From Gammaproteobacteria bacterium (GTDB lineage Bacteria; Pseudomonadota; Gammaproteobacteria; Steroidobacterales; Foliamicaceae), in NCBI GenBank assembly GCA_963666765.1, contig OY762933.1, positions 129,814-193,813 of the forward strand: a DNA stretch of 64,000 nt. The letters run 5' to 3'. Each line of letters starts with the position of its first letter. The first letter of the stretch is position 1. A program made the position numbers and the translations under genes. The notes under the pieces were generated by a model, which did no database searches, had not been told where the DNA came from, and saw only the letters and a program-made list of their open reading frames with translations. Positions 19,264-29,613 of the stretch are shown here, piece by piece.

Positions 19264-20925
19264 TTGCCAGCAGAACGATTTTCAGCGCTCCAGCTCGGGG
19301 TTGCATGGCGCCGCTTCAACGGTCTCATGGACGAAACCGCCCAGACCTTCGTGAGGACTTCGTTCTCGTCGGTGGTGCGCGACAACTGGGACCTGGCGGT
19401 GGGGTTGATGGACAGCCGGGGCCGCCAGTTCGCGCAATCGTCGCGCAGTATTCCCTCGTTCATCGGCACCATGCCGCGCACCCTGGCGGTGATGCTGCGG
19501 CGTTATCCCGCGTCGTCGCTCAATCCGGGGGATGTCCTGATTTCCAACGACGGCTATCACGGCACCGGCCATCTCAACGACATCACCATGGTTCGTCCGA
19601 TTTTCCGGCGCAAGCGCCTGATCTGCTTTATCGGCAGCGTATTCCACACGGTGGACATCGGCGGCGCGCCGTCCGTCACCGCGCGCGATTCCCATGAAGA
19701 AGGCCTGACCATACCGGTTTGCAAGATCGTGCGCGATGGGGCGGAAAACGAGGATGTCATTGCTTTCATTACCGAGAACCTGCGCGCCCCGGAAGAAACG
19801 CTGGGCGATATCCGGGCCCAGTTCGCCGCCTACGAAATGGGCCAGGCGCGTCTGCTGCAGATTCTCGATGATGAGCGCATCGATGACCTCGATGCGCTGG
19901 TGGAAGAGATCCTCGACCGCTCCGAGAACGCCATGCGCCGGGCGATCGAGGCGGTTCCCGACGGCGTATATCGCGACAGTATCCGGGTTGACGGGTTTGA
20001 GGAACCGCTGACCATCCGCTGCGAAGTCCGCATCGAGGGCGGCAGTCTCAGCGTCGATTACGCCGGCACTTCTCCGCAGATCAGCCGGCCGATCAATTCG
20101 GCCATGAATTTCACCCGCGCATACAGCGCCTATGCGATCAAGTGCGCCTTCGATCCGACCACGCCCAACAACGACGGTTCGTTCCGGCCGGTCACGATCA
20201 CGGCCCCCGAAGGCTGCCTTGTCAACCCGCTGCGCCCGGCCCCGATCTGGGCGCGGCACCTGTCCGGCCACTACCTTCCGCCGGTGATCTTCAGCGCTCT
20301 TTCGCAAGTGATGCCCGAGCGAGTGATCGCCGATTGCGGTTCGCCGCTGTGGAACGTCTATTTCTCGGGGCGGCACGGCGACGGGCGTCGTTTCGTGAAG
20401 ATGTTCTTCATGAACGGAGGGCACGGCGCGCGGCCCCACCAGGATGGCCCGGCCTGCCTGAGCTTTCCCAGCAACGTGGCGACCGTGCCGGTGGAACACT
20501 TCGAGAACAGCGTGCCGCTGCTGATCACCGAGAAGTCCTTGATCCCGGATTCGGGCGGCGCCGGGCGCTATCGCGGCGGCCCGGCGCAGCGGGTGGCCTT
20601 CAGGGTCACGTCCGAACATCCCGTCACGATGACCATACGTCACGAACGGGTGCGGTTTCCGCCGCGCGGCCTGCTGGGCGGCTCGCCGGGCTCGCCCGGC
20701 CGCGATTACGTCAACGGCGAGCGGATCGCGGCAAAGGTGCGCATGGATCTTGAGCCGGAAGACCTCGTGACCTTCGACACGCCGGGTGGTGGCGGCCTGG
20801 GTCCGCCGCGGGAGCGCGAAGCGGCCAGGCTCGAAGCGGACCTTGTGAGCGGAGTGGTGACCCCGGCTGGTGCGTCGGCCGCGTACGGTTCAGGAGCGGA
20901 AGCCGGGGAAGAGCAGGGTGGCTGA
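19264..20925 (+). CDS. hyuB: hydantoinase B/oxoprolinase-family protein (cluster 1)
   Basis: 553 aa from a TTG start (start uncertain). Typical HyuB blocks (SSVVRDNWDLAVGLMD, GDVLISNDGYHGTGHLNDITMVRPIF, GGGGLGPPRER). Confidence 0.85.
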   Translation: MPAERFSALQLGVAWRRFNGLMDETAQTFVRTSFSSVVRDNWDLAVGLMDSRGRQFAQSSRSIPSFIGTMPRTLAVMLRRYPASSLNPGDVLISNDGYHGTGHLNDITMVRPIFRRKRLICFIGSVFHTVDIGGAPSVTARDSHEEGLTIPVCKIVRDGAENEDVIAFITENLRAPEETLGDIRAQFAAYEMGQARLLQILDDERIDDLDALVEEILDRSENAMRRAIEAVPDGVYRDSIRVDGFEEPLTIRCEVRIEGGSLSVDYAGTSPQISRPINSAMNFTRAYSAYAIKCAFDPTTPNNDGSFRPVTITAPEGCLVNPLRPAPIWARHLSGHYLPPVIFSALSQVMPERVIADCGSPLWNVYFSGRHGDGRRFVKMFFMNGGHGARPHQDGPACLSFPSNVATVPVEHFENSVPLLITEKSLIPDSGGAGRYRGGPAQRVAFRVTSEHPVTMTIRHERVRFPPRGLLGGSPGSPGRDYVNGERIAAKVRMDLEPEDLVTFDTPGGGGLGPPREREAARLEADLVSGVVTPAGASAAYGSGAEAGEEQGG

Positions 20926-23011
20926 GCCTTTCCGCGTGGGTGTCGACATCGGCGGCACCTTCACTGACCTGGTCCTGCTCGATTCGCGCAACGGCGCGAT
21001 CTTCAACGAGAAGGTCCTGACCACACCGCAGGACCCGTCGATCGGCGCTCTCGAGGGACTGGAGAAAATCCTGGGCCGAAACGGGGCGCGTCCGGGCCAG
21101 GTGGGACATCTCATTCACGGCACCACGCTGGTGGCGAACGCAATCATCGAACGTCGCGGCGCCCGGGTCGCGCTGATCACCACGGCTGGTTTCCGGGACG
21201 TCCTGGAGATCGGCACCGAGTGGCGTTACGACACCTACGACCTGTTCATGGAATTGCCCCAACCGCTGGTGCCCCGGCACTGGCGCTTCGAGGTCCCGGA
21301 GCGTATCGGCCCCGAGGGCAAGGTGCTGGAAGCCCTCGACGAAGAGGCGGTCGTGGCCGTTGCCCGCGAGATCGCGGCGGCCGGGGTCGATGCGGTGGCG
21401 ATTTCGCTGCTGCACGGATTTCGCAACCCGGTGCACGAGCAGCGCGTGCGCGAGATCATCCGCAGGGAAGTCCACGGTCCCGTGGTATGCATCTCAAGCG
21501 AAGTGATGCCGGAGATCGGCGAGTACGAACGGACCTGCACCACCGTCTGCAACGCCTACGTGCTGCCCGTGTTCGACCGCTACCTGAACCGGTTTACCGA
21601 GGGACTGCGTCGCATGGGCATCGACAAGGACCTCTACCTGATGCTGTCGGACGGCGGCACCGTTCACCAGTCGACCGCGGTGTCGCACCCGATCCGGCTG
21701 GTGCAATCGGGCCCGGCCGGGGGTGTGCAGGCGACCACTGCAATCGGCAATCTGGCCGGTCACCGCGACATCCTGAGTTTCGACATGGGCGGCACCACCG
21801 CCAAGGCCTGCCTGATCGACAACGGCGAGCCGCTGCGCACGACCGAATTCGAAGTGGCCCGCGTCTATCGTTTCAAGAAGGGCAGCGGCATACCGCTCAA
21901 GCTTCCCGTGATCGAGATGATCGAGACGGGCGCCGGCGGCGGATCCATCGCCACGGTGGACCACCTGGGGCTGGTGCGGGTCGGCCCCGAGAGTTCCAGC
22001 GCCGACCCCGGGCCCGCCTGTTATGGGCGTGGCGGTCGCCACGCTACCGTCACCGATGCGGACCTGGCGCTGGGCTATCTCGCGGCCGACAGTTTTCTGG
22101 GCGGCGACATGCGGCTCGATGTCGAGGCGGCATCCGGGGCGCTGGTCCGCAACGTGGCCGAACCGCTCGGCGTTTCGGTGACGGAGGCCGCCTGGGCGGT
22201 GCATGAAACCGTCAACGAGAACATGGCCCAGGCGGCCATCATCCATGCCCTGGAGAAGGCCAGGAACATCGGCAGTTACACCATGCTGCCCATCGGCGGG
22301 GCCGGCCCGGTCCACGCCTGCAACATCGCGATGAAGATGTCCCTGCCCCGGGTGGTGTGCCCGCTGTCCGCCGGCGTCGCTTCGGCTTTCGGCTTCCTGG
22401 TCTCGCCCACCTCGTTCACGTTCGTGCAGGGTGGCGTCATGCTGCTGGACGCGCTCGATTTTTCCGGGATCGGCGCGATGCTCGCGGGCATGCAGCGCGA
22501 TGGCCGCGAACTGCTTTCGGCCGCAGGCGTGGACCAGGACAGCGTGCGCGTGGAGTGTCTGGCGGCGATGCGCTATATCGGCCAGGGCTACGACGTCGAG
22601 GCTCCGGTGGACGACGAGATGCTCGAGGCATGTGATCGCGCGGCGATTCGCCGGGCGTTCGAGCGTGCTTACGAGGCGCAGTTCGGCCGGGTCGAGCGGG
22701 ACATGGCGGTGGAGGTGGTGTCCTGGAGGGTCGTCGTTTCAGGCCCGCGCCCTTCTATCGAACTGGCCGCAGCGCCAGGCGCGCCGGCATTGGCCGAGGC
22801 GCTCAAGGGGCGGCGGCAGGTGTACTTCGGACCGGAAACCGGGTTTGTCGATTCCTCCGTCTACAATCGATATGCCCTGCTGTCGGGCGACGCTTTCGAA
22901 GGGCCGTGCATTTTTGAGGAACGCGAATCCACTACCGTAGTGCCGCCGGGCGCGCGGGCCTCAGTTGACCCGAACCTCAATCTCATCATCGACCTCCCGG
23001 CCGAAAAATGA
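20918..23011 (+). CDS. hyuA: hydantoinase A/oxoprolinase-family protein (cluster 1)
   Basis: GTG 20918 gives (M)AEPFRVGVDIGGTFTDLVLLD, the canonical HyuA N-terminus. It overlaps the hyuB stop (GTGGCTGA). Confidence 0.88.
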   Translation: MAEPFRVGVDIGGTFTDLVLLDSRNGAIFNEKVLTTPQDPSIGALEGLEKILGRNGARPGQVGHLIHGTTLVANAIIERRGARVALITTAGFRDVLEIGTEWRYDTYDLFMELPQPLVPRHWRFEVPERIGPEGKVLEALDEEAVVAVAREIAAAGVDAVAISLLHGFRNPVHEQRVREIIRREVHGPVVCISSEVMPEIGEYERTCTTVCNAYVLPVFDRYLNRFTEGLRRMGIDKDLYLMLSDGGTVHQSTAVSHPIRLVQSGPAGGVQATTAIGNLAGHRDILSFDMGGTTAKACLIDNGEPLRTTEFEVARVYRFKKGSGIPLKLPVIEMIETGAGGGSIATVDHLGLVRVGPESSSADPGPACYGRGGRHATVTDADLALGYLAADSFLGGDMRLDVEAASGALVRNVAEPLGVSVTEAAWAVHETVNENMAQAAIIHALEKARNIGSYTMLPIGGAGPVHACNIAMKMSLPRVVCPLSAGVASAFGFLVSPTSFTFVQGGVMLLDALDFSGIGAMLAGMQRDGRELLSAAGVDQDSVRVECLAAMRYIGQGYDVEAPVDDEMLEACDRAAIRRAFERAYEAQFGRVERDMAVEVVSWRVVVSGPRPSIELAAAPGAPALAEALKGRRQVYFGPETGFVDSSVYNRYALLSGDAFEGPCIFEERESTTVVPPGARASVDPNLNLIIDLPAEK

Positions 23012-23078
23012 GCAGTCGCGCCGCTGCTGCAACTGCCCTCCGGCATCGGCCAGGAGCCTCACGGCAATCGGCGGACTG

Positions 23079-24698
23079 ATGCAGCAGGTGACGATCGCCG
23101 AACTGCTTGCCGATGCGCTGGCCGCGCATGGCGTGTCGCGCATCTTCGGCGTGCCCGGCGGCGGAAGCAGCCTGGACGTGATGGAGGCGGCAGCCGGCAG
23201 GGGCATCGAGTTCGTGCTGACACGCACGGAGAACGCCGCCGTGATGATGGCGGCTGCAACGGCTGACCTCGCCGGCACGCTGGGCGCAGCGCTAACAACC
23301 AAGGGCCCCGGCGTGGCGAACGCGGCCAACGGGGTGGCTTGCGCGGCGCTGGACCGCTCGCCGGTGATGCTGATCACGGACGGATTCACCGCGCAGGAGA
23401 GCGGCTACGTCACGCACCAGGTGTTCGACCAGGCAGGCATGCTGGCGCCGGTCGCCAAGCGAAGCAGCCGCCTGGAAACCGAAGATGTAGCGGCGGAGAT
23501 TCTTGGCCTGATCGAGCTGGCGAAAACGCCGCCGTTCGGACCGGTGCACGTCGAGATCGCGGGGGCGCATGGGCGCCGTCCCGTCGCCGCCGGCAAGTCA
23601 GGGTTCAGCCCGGCCAATCGCGAAGCGGACACCGACGAGGATGCGTTGGAGCAGACCGGAGAATTGATCCGAAAGGCGTCGCGGCCGGTGATCGTCGCCG
23701 GGCTGGAGGCCAGGCCGCCCGGTGTTGCGTCCCGGCTCAGGGCCCTGGCCGAAGCGCTGCGCTGCCCGGTCCTGACCACCTACAAGGCGAAGGGTGTGTT
23801 GGACGATCAGCACGAGCAATTCGTCGGTATTTTCACCAGCGGCAATGCCGAGTCCGAGTGTGTTGAAAAAGCCGACCTGATCGTACTGGTGGGCCTGGAC
23901 CCGGTCGAGCTGCTGCGCATTCCGTGGCGTTACGAAAGCCCGGTGGTGGACATCGCCGAGGTTCGGCATCCGGTCCACTACGTGGAGCCTGCCGCGGGAG
24001 TCTATGGCCCGATAGCCGCGGCCTTGGCGCGACTGAACGGCGGGCTTTCGGAATCCGACTGGCGGCTTTCCGAAATCGCCGAATTGCGCCGGCGACTGGC
24101 GGCGCGCCTGGACTACCCTCAATGCGCCGGTCTGGGCCCGCAGCAGGTGGTCGAACTGGCGGCGCGCGCGGCGAGCGATGCGGGAGTGTCACCGCGCATT
24201 GCGGTGGACGCGGGCGCCCACATGTTCTCCGCCATGGCGTTCTGGCCGGCGGCGCGGCCGCAGGATGTCCTCATTTCGAACGGCCTGGCGACAATGGCCT
24301 ATGCCCTTCCCGCGGCGATTGCGTCCGCCCTGCACGAGCCGCAACGCCCGGCCGTTGCGTTTACCGGGGACGGCGGACTGCTGATGTGCCTGGGCGAGTT
24401 GTCGGTGGCCGTGCAACAGGCGGCCCGCCTGGTCGTGATCGTGTTCAACGACCAGTCCCTGTCGCTGATCGACATCAAGCAGCAGCAACGCGGCTTGCCC
24501 GAACGAGGAGTCCGCTGGCAGCCGCCGGACTTCGCGGCGACAATGGAGGGCTTGGGCGGCCGGGGTTTTCGAGTGGATAATGCCGACGATTACCATGCCG
24601 CGGTCGCGGAGGCCCTGAGGAACGAAGGACCCTCACTGATCGACGCCAGGGTGAACCCGGAAGGTTACCTGGCGCAAATGGAATCGTTGCGCGGCTAG
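23079..24698 (+). CDS. thiamine-pyrophosphate-dependent enzyme (acetolactate synthase-like large subunit family)
   Basis: ATG 23079 gives MQQVTIAELLADALAAHGVSRIFGVPGGGSS. ThDP motif FTGDGGLLMCLGELS...IVFNDQSL. Confidence 0.88.
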   Translation: MQQVTIAELLADALAAHGVSRIFGVPGGGSSLDVMEAAAGRGIEFVLTRTENAAVMMAAATADLAGTLGAALTTKGPGVANAANGVACAALDRSPVMLITDGFTAQESGYVTHQVFDQAGMLAPVAKRSSRLETEDVAAEILGLIELAKTPPFGPVHVEIAGAHGRRPVAAGKSGFSPANREADTDEDALEQTGELIRKASRPVIVAGLEARPPGVASRLRALAEALRCPVLTTYKAKGVLDDQHEQFVGIFTSGNAESECVEKADLIVLVGLDPVELLRIPWRYESPVVDIAEVRHPVHYVEPAAGVYGPIAAALARLNGGLSESDWRLSEIAELRRRLAARLDYPQCAGLGPQQVVELAARAASDAGVSPRIAVDAGAHMFSAMAFWPAARPQDVLISNGLATMAYALPAAIASALHEPQRPAVAFTGDGGLLMCLGELSVAVQQAARLVVIVFNDQSLSLIDIKQQQRGLPERGVRWQPPDFAATMEGLGGRGFRVDNADDYHAAVAEALRNEGPSLIDARVNPEGYLAQMESLRG

Positions 24699-24751
24699 CG
24701 TCGTGACAGGAGGCCAGGCGCCGGAGCGCCGGCAGTACCAGGAGCACCCGA

Positions 24752-25948
24752 ATGGAAAATGGGCATTTTCAATTGCCGCCCGATATTCAGGAGATCGTCG
24801 ATCTTGCGAAACGCATCGTCAGGAACGAGCTGATCCCGCTGGAGTCCGAGTTTCTGCCCCATCCGGCGCACGCCTTCGGCATCAAGGAAACGACCAACCT
24901 GAAAAGGGTCTTCGGGCCCGACGTGGTGCAGCGCCTGGTGGACATTTCGCGCGATACTGGCCTGTGGTATCTCATGGTGCCGGAGGAGCATGGCGGCTCG
25001 GGACTGTCGATGCTTGCTCAGATCGCCATTCTCGAGCAATTCAACTACACGGCGGTGCCGTTTCCGTTCGCGAATGTCGCCAACATCCTCTATCAGTGCG
25101 AGGGCGACCAGGTTGACCGCTTCCTGAAGCCGGTCATCGAGGGCGATATGACGACCTGCTTTGCCCAGACTGAGCCTAACGCGGGCTCCGACCCGGGCGG
25201 CATGATGCAGACGCGGGCCGTGAAGGACGGCAACGACTGGGTGCTGAACGGCACCAAGATGTGGATTTCGGGGGCCGCGGAATCCGACATGATCATGGTG
25301 CAGGCGGTGACCGACGCGGAAAAACGGCAGCGTGGCGGTATCACGATGTTCCTGGTCAAGCGCGACAATCCCGGCATGCTGGTCGAGGAGCCGGGGATCA
25401 AGACCTGGCTCGGACCGCATGCCTCGCAGTACATCGTCCACTTCGAGGATTGCCGGGTGCCGCAGTCCGACGTACTCGGCGAAGTCGGCAACGGTTTCCG
25501 GCTCGGGCAGCGCTGGCTGACGATCCACGACCGGCTCCTGCGCGGCCCCTATGCGCTGGGCAAGATGCAGCGCGCGCTGGACATGTCGATCGAGTGGTCG
25601 AAGAACCGGGTGACCTTCGGCAAGCCGCTGTCCGAACGTCAGGCGATTCAATGGCACCTCGTGGACATGTATATCGACCTGGAGGCGCTGCGTTCCCTGA
25701 CCTACCAGATGGCGGCTCGCGCCGATGCCGGCGAGGACATACGCACCGAGGCCGGCATGGTGAAACTCACCTCGATGGTGTGGGGCGCGCGGACGCTCGA
25801 CAAGGCCATCCAGATTCATGGCGCAATGGGCGAATCGCTGGAGTTGCCGCTCACGCTTTTCTACCGCTACCTGCGCCACGGACAGATCGGCGGCGGCGCC
25901 AACGAGATCCAGCGCATGCAGATTGCCCGCAAGCTGTTGCGCGGATAG
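24752..25948 (+). CDS. acyl-CoA dehydrogenase family protein
   Basis: 398 aa. FAQTEPNAGSDPGGM, WISGA and C-terminal GGGANEIQRMQIARKLL are typical of ACADs. Confidence 0.9.
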   Translation: MENGHFQLPPDIQEIVDLAKRIVRNELIPLESEFLPHPAHAFGIKETTNLKRVFGPDVVQRLVDISRDTGLWYLMVPEEHGGSGLSMLAQIAILEQFNYTAVPFPFANVANILYQCEGDQVDRFLKPVIEGDMTTCFAQTEPNAGSDPGGMMQTRAVKDGNDWVLNGTKMWISGAAESDMIMVQAVTDAEKRQRGGITMFLVKRDNPGMLVEEPGIKTWLGPHASQYIVHFEDCRVPQSDVLGEVGNGFRLGQRWLTIHDRLLRGPYALGKMQRALDMSIEWSKNRVTFGKPLSERQAIQWHLVDMYIDLEALRSLTYQMAARADAGEDIRTEAGMVKLTSMVWGARTLDKAIQIHGAMGESLELPLTLFYRYLRHGQIGGGANEIQRMQIARKLLRG

Positions 25949-25975
25949 CGGCGCGACGCGACACCAGTTTCGATA

Positions 25976-26974
25976 ATGAGTTCCCCGGCTCGATGCGCCC
26001 GCGTCCGCGTCCTGCGCCGGACCTTCGCCATCCCGATCGTTGCGGCGGCATTGCTGTTGGTGGCTTGTGCCGGGGACACGGGCAGCGACGAGTACCCGTC
26101 CAGGCCCGTCACCATCATCGTGCCCTATGCGCCCGGAGGCGGCGGCGACACGTTCACGCGCGCCATTGCCGCGCAGGCCGCGAATATCCTCGGCGTAAAG
26201 ATCTTCGTGGAGAACCGGACCGGCGGGGGCGGCACCATCGGGGTCGGTTCCGTGGCGCGCGCTGCCGCCGACGGTTACACGCTCGCGTTCATTTCGACCA
26301 GCCCGGTCGTGATGGCGCCGAATTTTCTCGACGTCCCCTACGACCCGGTGCAGGACCTTACCTACCTGACGCAATACGTCGTGTCCGTGCACCCGGTGCT
26401 GGTGGGCGGAGGGTCTCCGTTTGAATCGTTCTCGGCATTGCTCGAGTTCGGGAGGGCCAATCCCGGCCGGCTGCGGTGGTCCAGCGCGGGCATCAACGGC
26501 GCGCCCCATGTGGCGACGCTGGCGGCATTCCGCCAGGAGGGCGTGGCTGCCACGTTCGTTCCGATGCAGGGTTCGTCCGAGGTCCTGGCGGGCCTGCTGG
26601 GCGGAACCATCGACATGGGCGTCATCTCCGACTATTCCGGCGCGCTGGCGGCCGGCGACGTCCGCGTGCTGGCTGAAATCGGCCCCGAGCCGATAGCCGA
26701 ACTGCCGTCGGTGCCGACCTACGAACAACTCGGCTATCCGCTGGCGCCCACCATATTCTTCGGGCTGGCCGGACCGGCGGAACTGCCGGACGATGTGGTC
26801 GCCCGGTGGGACGAAGTCATACGCATTGTTACGGCGTCGGCGGCTTTTTCCGATATTGCAGGCCGATTGAACGGCAAGGTGGCCTACCTGGGCCACGAGG
26901 AATTCGAGCGCCACGTGCTGGGCGACATTGCGGCTGCGCGTGAGGCCCTGCGCTCTCTGGATGAAGGCGAGTGA
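25976..26974 (+). CDS. tctC: tripartite tricarboxylate transporter substrate-binding protein (Bug/TctC family)
   Basis: 332 aa. YPSRPVTIIVPYAPGGGGDTFTRAIA is the Bug-family signature. Followed by TctB and TctA. Confidence 0.9.
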   Translation: MSSPARCARVRVLRRTFAIPIVAAALLLVACAGDTGSDEYPSRPVTIIVPYAPGGGGDTFTRAIAAQAANILGVKIFVENRTGGGGTIGVGSVARAAADGYTLAFISTSPVVMAPNFLDVPYDPVQDLTYLTQYVVSVHPVLVGGGSPFESFSALLEFGRANPGRLRWSSAGINGAPHVATLAAFRQEGVAATFVPMQGSSEVLAGLLGGTIDMGVISDYSGALAAGDVRVLAEIGPEPIAELPSVPTYEQLGYPLAPTIFFGLAGPAELPDDVVARWDEVIRIVTASAAFSDIAGRLNGKVAYLGHEEFERHVLGDIAAAREALRSLDEGE

Positions 26975-27462
26975 TGCGGGTCCGCCCGGAATCCATCGCA
27001 CTGGGTGGTCTGCTGGCCGCAGCCGTGGTGTTCGGGCTCTGGATCCTGCCGCTGGGCATCGGCCTGAGCGCCGCCGGCGAGGGCACGGGCCTGTCTCCTC
27101 GCTTCATGCCGCAACTTGCGGCTGTGGCAATGGTTGTGGCGCTCGCCTGGGGCCTGTACCGCTCGTTCGTCGCGCCGCAGGCTGCCGATGGGCCGAATGG
27201 GGATCGAGAGGGTCTTGCACGAATACCGTTCGGCGCGTGGCTGATTTGCCTGGCGTTTGCCGTGTTTGGTTTCGACCTGGCGGGTTTCTATCCTGGCGGC
27301 ATCTGCATGGCGATCCTGCTGACGCTCCTGCTCGGTGAGCGAAGGCCCTGGATCATCGTGCTGTTTCCGGCCCTGCTGCTGGCGGCGATCTACCTGCTGT
27401 TCGAGTTTGCCCTGAACGTGCGTTTGCCCCGATCCGGCCTGATACCGGGCCTGCCGATCTAG
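26971..27462 (+). CDS. tctB: tripartite tricarboxylate transporter small membrane subunit
   Basis: 163-aa hydrophobic protein between tctC and tctA. Start overlaps the tctC stop. Confidence 0.8.
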   Translation: MMRVRPESIALGGLLAAAVVFGLWILPLGIGLSAAGEGTGLSPRFMPQLAAVAMVVALAWGLYRSFVAPQAADGPNGDREGLARIPFGAWLICLAFAVFGFDLAGFYPGGICMAILLTLLLGERRPWIIVLFPALLLAAIYLLFEFALNVRLPRSGLIPGLPI

Positions 27463-27476
27463 CAACGGTCGCCACC

Positions 27477-29006
27477 GTGGAAAACGTCCTCGAAGGCATT
27501 TCGCTGGCTTTCAACTTCAACGCGCTGGCGGGAATTCTTCTCGGCATCGTGCTTGGCCAGATCCTCGGCTCCATTCCCGGACTGACCGCGGCGATGGCCG
27601 TGGCCCTCTTGGTGCCGTTCAGTTTCTATTTCGACCCCTGGGTGGGCATCCCGATGATGCTGGCCATGTTCAAGGGATCCCTGTTCGGGTCGAGCATACC
27701 GGCCATCCTGCTTCGGACCCCGGGAACGCCGGCCGCGGCCGCCACGGTCATCGACGGCAATCCCCTGGCGCGCCAGGGCAAGGGCGGCAAGGCGATGCAC
27801 ACGGTGCTGTTCGCCTCGGTATTCGGCGATTCCTTCTCCGACATCGTGCTGATCTTCGGCGCCGGCACACTGGCGGCGGTAGCAATCCGCTTTGGGCCCT
27901 CCGAGTACGCAATCCTGGTGTTCTTTGCGCTGTTGAGCCTGATATCGCTGCACCGCGGCAGTTCCTGGAAAGGGATCGTGTCGATTACCGCCGGCGTGCT
28001 GCTCGCGTGTGTCGGGCTCGACCCCATCACCGGCACGCCGCGCCTGACATTCGGCAACGCGGAGTTGTTCGACGGGATCGGCCTGATCCCCATGCTGATC
28101 GGGTTTCTGGCAATCTCGGAAGTCTTCCGGCAACTGGAGCAGCCCGTCAGGCGTCTTGGAGAACGAACCATGAAGTTCTCGTCCCGGCCGGAAGACAACC
28201 ACTTGTCCGGCAAGGAACGGCGCGCGCTGCTGCCCACGCTTTTTCGCAGCTCGGCAATCGGCACCATCACGGGCGCCCTGCCCGGGCTCGGCTCTACGGT
28301 CGCGGCGTTCATCGCCTATAACGAGGCGCGAAGGACTGCGGCCAGGCCGGAAGAATTCGGGAAAGGGTCCCTGCACGGCATTGCGGCGCCGGAGGCGGCC
28401 AACAATGCGGTGGGCGGATCCAACCTGATTCCACTGCTGGCTTTCGGCATTCCAGGCGACGTGGCGGCCGCGCTCATACTCGGCGCGCTACTGATTCAGG
28501 GGATCACGCCGGGCCCGATCGCCTTTCGCGACAACCCGGCGCCGATCTACGCGATTTTCGTCGCCATGCTGCTGGCCAACCTGGTCAATTACCTGGTCGG
28601 CCTGGGCTTCATACCGCTGGCCAAGAAGATGGTGTCGGTGCCGAAGCGGCTGCTGTTTCCGGCCGTGCTGGTGCTGGCGTCCGCCGGCGCCTACGCGATG
28701 CGCGGCTCGCTGTTCGACGTCCAACTGATGTTCGTGTTCGGGCTGGTCGGCTGGGTGATGGCGAAGTACAAGTTCCCTTCGGTCCTGCTGCTGATCGGCT
28801 TCATTCTTACGCCGATTTTCGAGCGTTCGATCCGCCAGACGCTGATCCTGGTCGAAGCGGCGGATGGCTGGCTTGCTTTTGTGGCCAGCCGGCCCGTACT
28901 GATGATCCTGCTGGGCGCTCTGGCAATTCTGGCCGTCGTCGTTATCCGCCAGCGACTGAAGATGAATCGCTACCAGCTGCCTCAGGAACCCGCCGACAGC
29001 AGCTGA
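27477..29006 (+). CDS. tctA: tripartite tricarboxylate transporter large permease
   Basis: 509-aa polytopic membrane protein. GSIPGLTAAMAVALLVP and GALPGLGSTVAAFIAY are TctA-type motifs. Confidence 0.9.
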   Translation: MENVLEGISLAFNFNALAGILLGIVLGQILGSIPGLTAAMAVALLVPFSFYFDPWVGIPMMLAMFKGSLFGSSIPAILLRTPGTPAAAATVIDGNPLARQGKGGKAMHTVLFASVFGDSFSDIVLIFGAGTLAAVAIRFGPSEYAILVFFALLSLISLHRGSSWKGIVSITAGVLLACVGLDPITGTPRLTFGNAELFDGIGLIPMLIGFLAISEVFRQLEQPVRRLGERTMKFSSRPEDNHLSGKERRALLPTLFRSSAIGTITGALPGLGSTVAAFIAYNEARRTAARPEEFGKGSLHGIAAPEAANNAVGGSNLIPLLAFGIPGDVAAALILGALLIQGITPGPIAFRDNPAPIYAIFVAMLLANLVNYLVGLGFIPLAKKMVSVPKRLLFPAVLVLASAGAYAMRGSLFDVQLMFVFGLVGWVMAKYKFPSVLLLIGFILTPIFERSIRQTLILVEAADGWLAFVASRPVLMILLGALAILAVVVIRQRLKMNRYQLPQEPADSS

Positions 29007-29037
29007 CGATAGAGGCGAGAGGAAACGCCGACGGGCG

Positions 29038-29613
29038 CTAGTCGAGCTCGATCTCGGCGCTCGTCAGTATGGCGGCCAGCTTGCGCATGTTCTCAAGGCT
29101 GCGCTGCTGGTCTTCCTCGTTGGCCGCGATGCAGCAATCGGAAATCACGCTGACCGCGAAATCACGGTCATGAGCTTCCCGGGCCGTGGATTCCACGACC
29201 ATATCGGTGGCGACGCCGGCAAGGTAAACATGCGTTACGCCCATGTTGCGCAGTGACAGTTCCATCGGCGTGGCGTGAAAACTGCCGACCCGGTGCTTGG
29301 TAATGACCAGTTCCTCGCCCTCGGGTGCGACTTCATCGACGAATTCGCCGCCCCAGCCGCTGAGATCGAAAGCGCCGAATTCGTGCGCCTGTCCCATCAG
29401 CGGGGATCCCTTCGGACTCTGCGCGTAGCCCGGATAGAAACCGACCCGCACGTGAACCACGGGGAGGCCGGCTGCACGAAACCGGTCCTGGACGGTGCGC
29501 ACGCGCGCCAGGGTGCCATGCTCGGCATCGAAGGCCGCGTAGCCCTTGCCCGAAACCTTGCCTTCGGAGTGGACGATATCGTTCTCAAAATCAAGACAGA
29601 TCAGGGCTTTCAT
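29038..29613 (-). CDS. isochorismatase-family hydrolase (nucleophile Cys apparently absent)
   Basis: 191 aa. MKALICLDFENDIV..., ITKHRVGSF, GVATDMVVESTAREA. The usual Cys in the TD.CV motif reads Val. Confidence 0.8.
   Translation of the reverse strand: MKALICLDFENDIVHSEGKVSGKGYAAFDAEHGTLARVRTVQDRFRAAGLPVVHVRVGFYPGYAQSPKGSPLMGQAHEFGAFDLSGWGGEFVDEVAPEGEELVITKHRVGSFHATPMELSLRNMGVTHVYLAGVATDMVVESTAREAHDRDFAVSVISDCCIAANEEDQQRSLENMRKLAAILTSAEIELD

Noticed and set aside
24695-27001. Long antisense ORFs (768 aa here; also 11219..12583, 43820..45640, 45721..47703, 17695..19155, 42690..43820 and others)
   Set aside because: Each lies opposite a gene with strong family motifs. Their translations are low-complexity R/G/A/P-rich with no recognisable motifs. 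Stop-poor antisense frames are expected at about 67% G+C.
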